From: an uncultured Chloroflexia bacterium | GTDB taxonomy: Bacteria; Chloroflexota; Dehalococcoidia; DSTF01; JALHUB01 | Assembly: GCA_963763495.1 (NCBI GenBank) | Contig: CAVXOY010000019.1 | Coordinates: 64,211-128,210 of the forward strand | Length of the DNA stretch: 64,000 nt | Direction: 5' to 3' | Shown: positions 53,478-61,318 of the stretch, one piece after another | How positions within the stretch are numbered: the stretch's first letter is position 1 | Layout of the letters: each line of letters begins with the position of its first letter | Program-made: the position numbers and the translations under genes | Notes under the pieces: generated by a model | The model's database searches: none | The model's input: only the letters and a program-made list of their open reading frames with translations | What the model was told of the DNA's origin: nothing

Positions 53478-54303
53478 TCATCTCAAGACGGCGTCGGCCA
53501 TGCGGCAGACCTGCACCATCTCCTTGACGTCGTGCACGCGGACGATGTCGGCGCCGTGGGCGACGGCGATGGCAACCGTGGCAGCGGTGCCCAGAAGCCG
53601 CTCCTCGACCGGCAGATCGAGCACCGCGCCGATGGTCGACTTGCGGGAGGTGCCGACGAGTAGGGGCAGGCCCATATCCCTCAACTCTCCCAGACGGCGG
53701 AGCATCTCCAGGTTCTGCTCCGGCGTCCAGCCAAAGCCGAAGCCGGGGTCGATGATCAGACGCTCGCGGGGGATGCCGGCCGCCGCCGCCAGGCCGATGC
53801 TGGTTTCCAGGCCGCTGCGAACGTCAGCGATCACGTCGCTGAAGGGGCGGCCCCGCTGGTTGTGCATGATGACGGCGGGAACAGCGAACCGCGCCGCCAC
53901 GGCCGCCATTTCCGGGTCTTGGCGGAGGCCGGAGACATCGTTCAGCAGGTGGGCGCCGGCCGCGAGGGCAGCCTGGGCTACGCCCGCCTTGGTGGTGTCG
54001 ATACTGATAGGGAGGTCGACGGCCGTGAGCAGGCGCTCGATGACGGGCACGCACCCGTCCGATCTCCTCGTCAGCGGTCACGGCATCAAAACCGGGGCGG
54101 GTGGACTCGCCACCGACGTCCAAGATGTCGGCGCCTTCTTCGGCGAAGCGCCGCCCCTGGGCGACCGCCGCGTCCACGTCGTAGCCCAGGCCATCGCCGG
54201 AGAAAGAGTCCAGCGTTATGTTAAGGATTCCCATCACATAGGTGCGGCTGCCCCACAGGAACTCGCGGCCGCGGATGGTCAGCGGTGATGGACTTACTGC
54301 CAA
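53478..54303 (-). CDS. folP: dihydropteroate synthase, one frameshift near 54055 as sequenced
   Basis: MGILNITLDSFSGDG...ADILDVGGESTRPG is in ORF 53824..54303. The sequence continues with VPVIERL...PISIDT...INDVSG...DPGFGFG...SRKS in ORF 53478..54050. Confidence 0.9.
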
Positions 54304-54421
54304 AAGAGCCCTCCTAACAGTATGGAGCGAATTCTATCAGCGGCGGTCGGGGGCGACAAGCAAGAAAGCCTCAGGTGGCCCAATCCTGGGGGAGAAGGTA
54401 AACTGGGCCTATTCTATCCCC

Positions 54422-55684
54422 GTGGGTGAGGACTTGAACGAGCAGGCAGGCCAGCGGTCGCTCACGATCAGCATCTCGCTTGCTCATGCGGTGGTGCACT
54501 GCATAGAGCTGACCTACGCCGCCCTGCTGCTGCGCATCGGCGTCCAGTTTGGGGTGGACAAGCTGGCGCTGGGGTTTATCGCCAACGCCTTCGCTCTCGC
54601 CTTTGGCGTCGGTGCCCTGCCTTCGGGTGTGCTGGTTGACCGGCTGGGCTCGCCCCGCGTGCTGCGGGTCTGCTTCCTGACGGCGGCGGGAGCGGCCCTT
54701 CTGGTCGCGTTCTCGCCCTCGCCGGTGATGCTGGGAGTGTTCCTGACGATCCTCGGCCTCTGCATCGGGCTGTACCACCCGGCGGCGATGTCGCTGATCG
54801 CCCAGGGAGCGGAGCGACGAGGGCTGGTGCTGGGCTACCACGGCATGGCCGGGAACATCGGGGTCGCACTGGCGCCGGCAATCGCCCTCGGGTTCGCGGC
54901 GACGGTGGGATGGCGCTGGTCCTACGTCTTCCTGGCGGGCCTTGCTTTGGCGATGGTCGTGTTCCTCCAGATTATTCGCCTGCCCACGGCGCCGGCGGTC
55001 CGCCAGCGAGCGAGCGCGGCAGTGACGGCAGCGATGCAGAAGACGGCAAAGGTATCGATAGCGGCTCTCGCCCTGATATACATGGCCTACCTGCTCAACG
55101 GCTTCATCTACCGAGGGAGCATGACCTTCATGCCCACTCTCATCGAGGAGCAGGTGCACATCCACATTTTGGGCATCGATGAGACCGCTCTCGCCGGCTC
55201 TTTGACGACGCTGGCGCTGCTCACGGGCGGCGCCGGCCAGTATCTCGGCGGCAGCCTCTCCGACCGGGGCTCGCTGGAGCGCCTGGCTACGCTGATGGCG
55301 CTGGCGCTGCTGCCGGCCCTGCTGCTCATGGGGATGAGCGGCGGACTGCTCCTGGTGGGGGCGGCGGCGGTCTTCGTCTTCTTCAACTTCGCCGGTCAGC
55401 CGGTCTACAACATCCTCTTGGCGAATTACGTGCCCGGGACGGCGCTGGGGCGGAGCTATGGTCTCTCCTTCTTCGCCAGCTTTGGGTTGGGCTCCACCGC
55501 GGCCTCTTTCTCGGGGCTGCTGGCGGACAGGTGGGGCACGTCGTCGGTCTTCCTGGCGCTGGCGGTGTTCGGGGCAGCGGTGCTGGCGCTGGCGGGCATG
55601 CTCTGGCGGCTCTCCTCGCAGCGGCCGTTGCGGGGAGGGGCCGCGGGGGGTACGATCGATAGGACGTGGGAAGCGCCGGGCTAA
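54422..55684 (+). CDS. MFS transporter
   Basis: About 12 predicted hydrophobic helices and the loop motif GVLVDRLGSPRV. The start is uncertain; I chose GTG 54422 so that it does not overlap folP. Confidence 0.75.
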   Translation: MGEDLNEQAGQRSLTISISLAHAVVHCIELTYAALLLRIGVQFGVDKLALGFIANAFALAFGVGALPSGVLVDRLGSPRVLRVCFLTAAGAALLVAFSPSPVMLGVFLTILGLCIGLYHPAAMSLIAQGAERRGLVLGYHGMAGNIGVALAPAIALGFAATVGWRWSYVFLAGLALAMVVFLQIIRLPTAPAVRQRASAAVTAAMQKTAKVSIAALALIYMAYLLNGFIYRGSMTFMPTLIEEQVHIHILGIDETALAGSLTTLALLTGGAGQYLGGSLSDRGSLERLATLMALALLPALLLMGMSGGLLLVGAAAVFVFFNFAGQPVYNILLANYVPGTALGRSYGLSFFASFGLGSTAASFSGLLADRWGTSSVFLALAVFGAAVLALAGMLWRLSSQRPLRGGAAGGTIDRTWEAPG

Positions 55685-55707
55685 CGGGACGGCTGAGAGA
55701 GGTCGAG

Positions 55708-56214
55708 ATGAAACGAAAGGTCACCGTCGAAGGGGAGGGGCTGCGATTCAGCGCCGCCCACATGACGACGATAGGCGACAAGGCGGAGCCGCTGCACGGC
55801 CACAACTATCGGGTGACGGTGTCGCTGGAGGGGGACCTGACGGCGGACTCCTGGGTATTCGATTTCGTGGCGCTGCGACGGCTGGCGCGCCGTCTCTGCG
55901 CCGAGCTTGACCACCGCTTTCTTCTCCAGCGTGAGAGCCGCGTCCTTCAGGCGCAGGAGCACGGCGACGAGTGGGAGATAACCGTCGCGGGCCGCCGCTA
56001 CGTGATCCCCAAGGCGGACGTGGTGGCGCTGCCGATCGACAACGTCACGGCGGAGCGGCTGGCGGAATGGCTGAGCGGCCGGCTGAAGGACGAGTTGAGG
56101 GCGGCGGGCGCCAAGAATCTGACATCTATCAGCGTGGGTGTCGAGGAGGCGCCGGGCCAGGCCGCCTGGCACAGCGAGGAGTTCGGCCAACTACCGGGTT
56201 ACGGCCGAACCTAG
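55708..56214 (+). CDS. 6-pyruvoyl-tetrahydropterin synthase / QueD-family (COG0720) protein lacking the QueD catalytic Cys
   Basis: RFSAAHM...DKAEPLHGHNYRV. The HGH zinc motif is present, but the position of the E. coli QueD Cys (HKCGRLHGH) reads DKAEPLHGH. ATG 55708 is preceded by GAGAGG. Confidence 0.75.
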   Translation: MKRKVTVEGEGLRFSAAHMTTIGDKAEPLHGHNYRVTVSLEGDLTADSWVFDFVALRRLARRLCAELDHRFLLQRESRVLQAQEHGDEWEITVAGRRYVIPKADVVALPIDNVTAERLAEWLSGRLKDELRAAGAKNLTSISVGVEEAPGQAAWHSEEFGQLPGYGRT

Positions 56215-56414
56215 GCGACGAGAGGGATGGACTCCTCCTCAATCAGGCGAAGGAGCTGGGCGCGGATGCGGGCGACGGTCTCGCTATCGGGCACGAGTTG
56301 GGTCTTCTCCTGCTGCGATACGAAGAGCGGGCGCAGCCACTCACCGTCGTCGAAGGTCTCTGCCGGCTTGTAAGGTTTCGTTCTTGTAACCACCATCAAT
56401 CCCTCCAGGGTCAT
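56211..56414 (-). CDS. hypothetical small protein
   Basis: 67-aa ORF convergent with the PTPS-like gene. No family recognised. Confidence 0.3.
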   Translation of the reverse strand: MTLEGLMVVTRTKPYKPAETFDDGEWLRPLFVSQQEKTQLVPDSETVARIRAQLLRLIEEESIPLVA

Positions 56415-56484
56415 AATCGGCAGATCCGGGAGAAGTCTGTGCCCTATTACCGCGTCGGAGACGGGCAGGGTTCAGATTCCGCGC

Positions 56485-56514
56485 TTGACATAGGGTGCGA
56501 GCGTCCGATAATAT
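56485..56514 (+). promoter_or_regulatory. sigma70-like promoter of the sulfur-carrier operon
   Basis: TTGACA (56485-56490), a 17/18-nt spacer, then ATAATA/TAATAT (56508-56514). Confidence 0.5.
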
Positions 56515-56628
56515 CTTCGCAACTGTTGTAAACGGGAGAACCTACAAGTGGCACCTTCAGGCGTGATGGCGATGCCTAGGCCCGAGCGAATCGGGCCGTC
56601 GTAGACCGTGTAATCGGGTAGGTGCTGG

Positions 56629-56663
56629 CAGCCGGCGGATACCAGTGCCGGCTGTTTTGTTTT
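56629..56663 (+). terminator. intrinsic terminator inside the 5' leader of the thrC-like gene (attenuator/riboswitch expression platform)
   Basis: CAGCCGGC, a 10-nt loop, GCCGGCTG, then TTTTGTTTT, ending 18 nt before ATG 56682. Confidence 0.7.
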
Positions 56664-56681
56664 ACAATAGGAAACGCCATC

Positions 56682-57932
56682 ATGTCATATGCCAAAGCTT
56701 TACGTTGCCGAGAATGCGGCCGAGAGTATCCCCTTGACCCCATCCACGTCTGCGAGTTCTGCTTCGGCCCCCTGGAAGTGGACTACGACCGGGAGGCGCA
56801 GCGGAAGGCGATCAGCCGGGAGAAGATAGAAGCGGGCCCCCCGTCGATCTGGCGTTACCGCGACCTCCTCCCCTGTGACGCCGAGCAGGCAGTAGACCTC
56901 AGCGTCGGCTTTACGCCTCTGATGCATGCCCGCAACCTGGGCGAGGCGCTGGGGCTGCGTCACCTCTACGTCAAGAACGATTGCATGAACCCCACCTGGT
57001 CGTTCAAGGACCGCGTGGTGGCGGTGGCGAGCACGAAGGCGCTGGAATTCGGCTTCGATACGCTGGCCTGCGCCTCCACCGGCAACCTGGCGAACTCCGT
57101 CGCCGCCCACGCCGCCCGCGCGGGCATGAAAGCCTACGTCTTCGTGCCCTCCGACCTGGAGTCGGGCAAGCTGCTGGGCTCGGCGATCTACGGGGCGACG
57201 CTGGTAGCCGTCGACGGCACTTACGACGACGTCAACCGTCTCTGCGCCGAGCTGGCCGACAAGTACAAGTGGGCATTCGTGAACATCAACGTGCGGCCCT
57301 ACTACTCGGAGGGCAGCAAGACGCTGGCCTACGAGGTCGCCGAGCAGCTCGGCTGGCGGGCCCCCGACCACTGCGTGATTCCGATGGCCAGCGGCTCGCT
57401 GCTGACCAAGATCTGGAAGGGGCTGGACGAGTTGAGCAAGCTGTGGCTCCTCGACAGCGTCCAGACCAAGATCTCCGGGGCTCAGGCGGCGGGCTGCGCG
57501 CCCATCGTCAACGCCTGGCAGGCGGGCACGCTGAACATCCGGCCGGTGAAGCCCCAGACGATAGCCAAGTCGCTGGCGATCGGCAACCCCGCCGACGGCT
57601 ACTACGCCCTGCGGGTGATGCAGGACACGGGCGGCTCGGCGGTGGCCTCCAGCGATGAGGAGGTGGTTGAGGGGATCAAGCTCCTGGCGGAGAGCGAGGG
57701 CATCTTCGCTGAGACGGCGGGCGGGGTCGTGATCGCCGGGCTGAAGCGGCTCGTCGAGTCGGGCCGTGTCACGCCGGACGAGCTTGTGGTCGCGTTTATC
57801 ACCGGCGCCGGACTCAAGACACAGGAGGCGGTCGCCGGAAAGATAAGAGAAGCAGTCCACGTTACACCCACCGTCGCCTCATTCGAGCAGGCGATCGACG
57901 CGCGCGGCGAGGTCCTTGAGGGAGGAAGCTGA
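56682..57932 (+). CDS. threonine-synthase-family PLP enzyme with N-terminal Cys4 zinc ribbon
   Basis: CRECG...CEFCFG zinc ribbon and PLP-lysine motif NPTWSFKDR. I prefer the start MSYAKAL (56682), because the track's GTG at 56622 lies inside the terminator hairpin. Confidence 0.85.
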   Translation: MSYAKALRCRECGREYPLDPIHVCEFCFGPLEVDYDREAQRKAISREKIEAGPPSIWRYRDLLPCDAEQAVDLSVGFTPLMHARNLGEALGLRHLYVKNDCMNPTWSFKDRVVAVASTKALEFGFDTLACASTGNLANSVAAHAARAGMKAYVFVPSDLESGKLLGSAIYGATLVAVDGTYDDVNRLCAELADKYKWAFVNINVRPYYSEGSKTLAYEVAEQLGWRAPDHCVIPMASGSLLTKIWKGLDELSKLWLLDSVQTKISGAQAAGCAPIVNAWQAGTLNIRPVKPQTIAKSLAIGNPADGYYALRVMQDTGGSAVASSDEEVVEGIKLLAESEGIFAETAGGVVIAGLKRLVESGRVTPDELVVAFITGAGLKTQEAVAGKIREAVHVTPTVASFEQAIDARGEVLEGGS

Positions 57933-57998
57933 GAGTCCCTCTACCGAGCAGCGGCAAGCTAACCGGCGGAACGGCATGATGGCATAGAGGTGAAAGAG

Positions 57999-58241
57999 AT
58001 GGCAAGACAACGCGTTAAGTTCACCTTTCCCCAGGAACTGATTACCCTTCCCATCATTCATGAACTGGGGAAGAGCTTCAATCTGGTGACGAACATCCGG
58101 CGGGCGGACGTCACGGAAGACCGCGGCTGGGTCATCCTCGAACTCGATGGAGAGTTGGCGGAGATCGAGCGCGGCCTCGAGTGGGTGGCCGCCAAGGGCG
58201 TGCGGGTAGACCCGGTACAGGGCGACATCATCGAGGGCTAG
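57999..58241 (+). CDS. NIL-domain (ferredoxin-fold, MetN-C-terminal-like) small protein
   Basis: VKFTFPQELITLPIIHELGKSFNLVTNIRRADVTEDRGWVILELDG. ATG 57999 is preceded by GAGGTGA; the track ORF starts at 57990. Confidence 0.6.
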   Translation: MARQRVKFTFPQELITLPIIHELGKSFNLVTNIRRADVTEDRGWVILELDGELAEIERGLEWVAAKGVRVDPVQGDIIEG

Positions 58242-58342
58242 CTCTCGACCTGTCGCAGCCGGCAGGCCCGCCTTACGGCTATATCTGAGCCCGCTTCCCC
58301 AACGAGGGAGCGGCTCCTGATCGCAGACAAAGGGAGGACACC

Positions 58343-58616
58343 TTGAGCATCAACGTAAGAATCCCCGCTCCTCTGCGCAGCCTCACCGGCAATCAGGCCT
58401 TGGTGAGCACCGGCGGAGGCTACCGTGGGAGAGTGTATCGACCATCTGGAAAGCGAGCATCCGGGGGTCAAGGAGCGCTTGTGCGACGGCGGCGAGCTGC
58501 GCCGCTTCATCAATATATACATCAACGGCGAGGACATCCGCTTTCTGTCCGGCTTGGAGACTTCCCTCAAGGATGGAGACGAGGTGAGCATCGTGCCGGC
58601 GGTGGCCGGCGGCTAA
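58343..58616 (+). CDS. cysO: CysO/MoaD-type sulfur-carrier (ubiquitin-like) protein, one frameshift near 58420 as sequenced
   Basis: (M)[25 protein letters not shown] then (frame switch) [64 protein letters not shown]-stop. This closely resembles M. tuberculosis CysO (RFVNIYVNDEDVRF...ILPAVAGG). Confidence 0.85.
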
Positions 58617-58744
58617 GACCGGGCCGCATCTCGTCCTCGTCCTGAGCCTGCGCGTCTTCTTCTCCGCGTCTCGCAGGGGACGATTCTCCCACATGTAGCA
58701 ACGGGATGGGGAGGCGCGCGTTATCATAAGTTAGGAGGTTACTC

Positions 58745-59815
58745 ATGGCGGTGGAGGTACATATTCCCACCCCGTTTCGAAGACTAACGGGCGGCCGGGC
58801 CGATATCGACGGCGACGGCGAGAACGTCAGCGACCTGCTGGTTGACCTGGAAAAGCGATTTCCGGGCTTCCGCGGCGTCATGTTCGATAACCAGGGCCGG
58901 ATACCGCCTCACATCAAGATCTACGTCAACAGCCAGGACATAGCCTCCCTGGGAGGGCTGACGACGCCGCTGCAGGAGGGCGACCGGGTGGCGATCATCC
59001 CCGCCACCGCCGGCGGCAGCGCGGGCGGTCCCGACTCTCCCCTCACACCCGAGCAGAAGGAGCGCTATTCCCGCCATATCGTCCTCCCCCACTGGGGCGA
59101 GGAGGGGCAGCGGAAGCTGGCGGCAGCCAAGGTGCTGGTCGTGGGCGCCGGTGGACTGGGATCGCCGGTGCTCATCTACCTGGCGGGGGCCGGCGTCGGC
59201 ACTTTGGGCGTCGTCGAGTTCGACACAGTAGACATCTCCAATCTGCCGCGCCAGATCCTCCATCACACGCACGATGTCGGCCGGCCCAAGGCGATATCGG
59301 CGCGGGAGAGCATCGCCGACAACAACCCGGACGTGAAGGTCGCGCTGCACGAGACGCGGCTGACGCGGGAGAACGCGCTGGATATCATCGCCGGCTACGA
59401 TATCGTGGTGCCGGCGGTCGACAACCTGGGGACGCGCTACCTGGTCAACGATGCCTGCGTTCTTCTCGGCAAGCCGATGGTGGAGGCGAGCGTCCTTGCT
59501 TATGAGGGGCAATGCACCGTATTCTTGCCGGGCAAGGGCTGCTATCGCTGCCTGTACGCAGCGCCGCCGCCGCCGGGGCTGATGCCCACGCCTGCTGAGG
59601 CGGGCGTACTGAGCATCCTGCCGGCGGTGATGGGCCCGATCCAGGCGATGGAGACGCTGAAGCTGATACTGGGGATAGGCGAGCCGCTCAGCGGGCGCCT
59701 CCTCCTGTTCGATGCTCTGACGATGGAGTTCCGGCAGGTGCGGATCAAGCGCGATCCCAACTGTCCGGTCTGTGGGGACAAGCCGACGATCAAGGCGCTC
59801 GTCGACTACGACTAG
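58745..59815 (+). CDS. fusion protein: CysO/MoaD-like ubiquitin-fold domain (aa 1-91, ends ...IIPATAGG) plus MoeB/ThiF-type E1 adenylyltransferase
   Basis: N-terminal part: MAVEVHIPTPFRRLTGGRA...IKIYVNSQDIASLGGLTTPLQEGDRVAIIPATAGG. Then linker SAGGPDSPLTPEQKERYSRHI. E1 part: VLVVGAGGLGSP, zinc CYRC...CPVC. There is no rhodanese domain, and PTPAEAGVL replaces the usual (S/T)C(A/V)EAGV. Confidence 0.85.
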   Translation: MAVEVHIPTPFRRLTGGRADIDGDGENVSDLLVDLEKRFPGFRGVMFDNQGRIPPHIKIYVNSQDIASLGGLTTPLQEGDRVAIIPATAGGSAGGPDSPLTPEQKERYSRHIVLPHWGEEGQRKLAAAKVLVVGAGGLGSPVLIYLAGAGVGTLGVVEFDTVDISNLPRQILHHTHDVGRPKAISARESIADNNPDVKVALHETRLTRENALDIIAGYDIVVPAVDNLGTRYLVNDACVLLGKPMVEASVLAYEGQCTVFLPGKGCYRCLYAAPPPPGLMPTPAEAGVLSILPAVMGPIQAMETLKLILGIGEPLSGRLLLFDALTMEFRQVRIKRDPNCPVCGDKPTIKALVDYD

Positions 59816-59838
59816 TTTGGCGGCTCGACCGCCGGCAG

Positions 59839-60753
59839 GTGAGACCCATGCTCTGTGAGCGGCTCATCGACCTGATTGGCAACACCCCGTTGGTGGAGAT
59901 GCCGCGGCTATCGCCTCGGCCGGGAATCCGCTTCTTCGCCAAGCTGGAGGGGCAGAACCCCAGCGGCAGCCTGAAGGACCGCATCGCCCTGTTCATGATC
60001 GAGCAGGCGGAGAAGCGGGGCGACCTGCGGCCGGGGATGACGATCCTGGAGGCGACGAGCGGCAATACCGGCGTCTCCCTGGCGATGATGGCGCGAATCA
60101 AGGGCTACCCGATCCGGGTGGTCATGCCGGACAACGTCAGCCGGGAGCGGACGCTGGTGATGCGGGCCTTTGGGGCGGAGGTCATCCTCACCGACGGCGC
60201 CAAGTACACCGACGGAGCGATAGAGCTGGCGAGTCAACTGGCAGCGGAGGACTCCTCCTACTTCCTCACCAGCCAGTTCTCCAACGCCGACAACCCCCTC
60301 GCCCACTACGAGACGACCGGGCCCGAGATCCTGCGCGACCTCGCCGACATCGATGTCTTCGTTGCCGGAACAGGGACAGGCGGGACGGTCAGCGGCGTCG
60401 GACGCTACCTGAAAGAGCATAAGCCGGGGACCAAGGTTGTCTGCGTGGAGCCGCCGCCGGACGAGCTGATCGAAGGGCTGCACACGCTGGAGGGGTTCCG
60501 GCCCGGCGTCCTCGACCTGTCGGTTATCGATGAGCGAATCGTCGTGAACCAAGCGGACTCCTTCGCCGCAGCGCGGGAGCTGGCGGAGACGGAGGGCATA
60601 TTCGCCGGGCCCTCCTCGGGAGCGGTGCTCCACGCCGCCCGCGTCATCGCCGAGAGGCACGAGAGCGGCAACTTCGCTCTCCTCGTGGGCGACGGCGGCT
60701 GGAAGTACCTATCGACGGGGCTTTGGGCGCCGCGATTCCCCCAGGCAAAGTAG
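59839..60753 (+). CDS. cysM: CysM-type cysteine synthase (carrier-thiocarboxylate-dependent type likely)
   Basis: IGNTPLV, PLP lysine NPSGSLKDR, and TSGNTG. Sits between the E1 and JAMM genes. The start is GTG 59839 or ATG 59848. Confidence 0.88.
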   Translation: MRPMLCERLIDLIGNTPLVEMPRLSPRPGIRFFAKLEGQNPSGSLKDRIALFMIEQAEKRGDLRPGMTILEATSGNTGVSLAMMARIKGYPIRVVMPDNVSRERTLVMRAFGAEVILTDGAKYTDGAIELASQLAAEDSSYFLTSQFSNADNPLAHYETTGPEILRDLADIDVFVAGTGTGGTVSGVGRYLKEHKPGTKVVCVEPPPDELIEGLHTLEGFRPGVLDLSVIDERIVVNQADSFAAARELAETEGIFAGPSSGAVLHAARVIAERHESGNFALLVGDGGWKYLSTGLWAPRFPQAK

Positions 60754-60761
60754 GGCAGTAC

Positions 60762-61193
60762 GTGTTCGAACTCCCGCGACGCTACGTCGAGGAGATCATC
60801 GCTCATGCCCGCGAGGCGGCGCCGAACGAGTGCTGCGGCATTCTTGCGGGCAAGGGCGGGCGGATCCTCAAGCTCTACCGCGCCGTCAACGCCGAGGAAA
60901 GCCCTTACCGCTATAGCATCGACGCGCAGGACCTCTACCGCATCTACCACGAAGTAGAGTCAGCGGGCTGGGAGTTCCTGGCGATCTACCACTCTCATCC
61001 CAGCGGCGAGGCTTACCCATCGGCGACCGACGTGGGTCTGGCGACCTGGACGGGGCCGGCGGGAATCGTCGATCTCTGGCCGAACACCCGCTACTTGATC
61101 GCTTCCCTCGCCGACGCCGACTCGCCGGTGATCCGGGCGTTCCTCATCCACGGCGGGCGCGTCACCGAGGAGACGCTGCGAATCGTAGGCTAG
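60762..61193 (+). CDS. mec: JAMM/MPN+ metalloprotease (Mec-like, carrier C-terminal processing)
   Basis: NECCGIL (Glu) and YHSHPSGEAYPSATD (HxHx7Sx2D JAMM motif). I prefer GTG 60762, just after the cysM stop. Confidence 0.85.
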   Translation: MFELPRRYVEEIIAHAREAAPNECCGILAGKGGRILKLYRAVNAEESPYRYSIDAQDLYRIYHEVESAGWEFLAIYHSHPSGEAYPSATDVGLATWTGPAGIVDLWPNTRYLIASLADADSPVIRAFLIHGGRVTEETLRIVG

Positions 61194-61318
61194 GCTGCTC
61201 CTCACAGCTTACCCTCGTTTTTGTCTATCCCCGGCGTTACTCCTCTCAGCCTTCTGTGATTCCTGCCGATACTCAACTAGGAGCAGGCATACCTTCATGG
61301 AAAGAGGGAAACTAGTGC

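Noticed and set aside
56611-56640. AATCGGGTAGGTGCTGG upstream of the thrC-like terminator resembles a T-box (AAnnnGGGTGGTACCGCG), and an ACC Thr codon lies in the leader.
   Set aside because: The match to the highly conserved T-box sequence is poor. The leader is too short for Stem I and its conserved motifs, and no AG-bulge or distal-loop motifs were seen.
56622-56681. GTG at 56622 as the start of the thrC-like gene.
   Set aside because: It would place the terminator hairpin and T-tract inside the coding region. ATG 56682 (MSYAKALRCRECG) begins right at the zinc ribbon.
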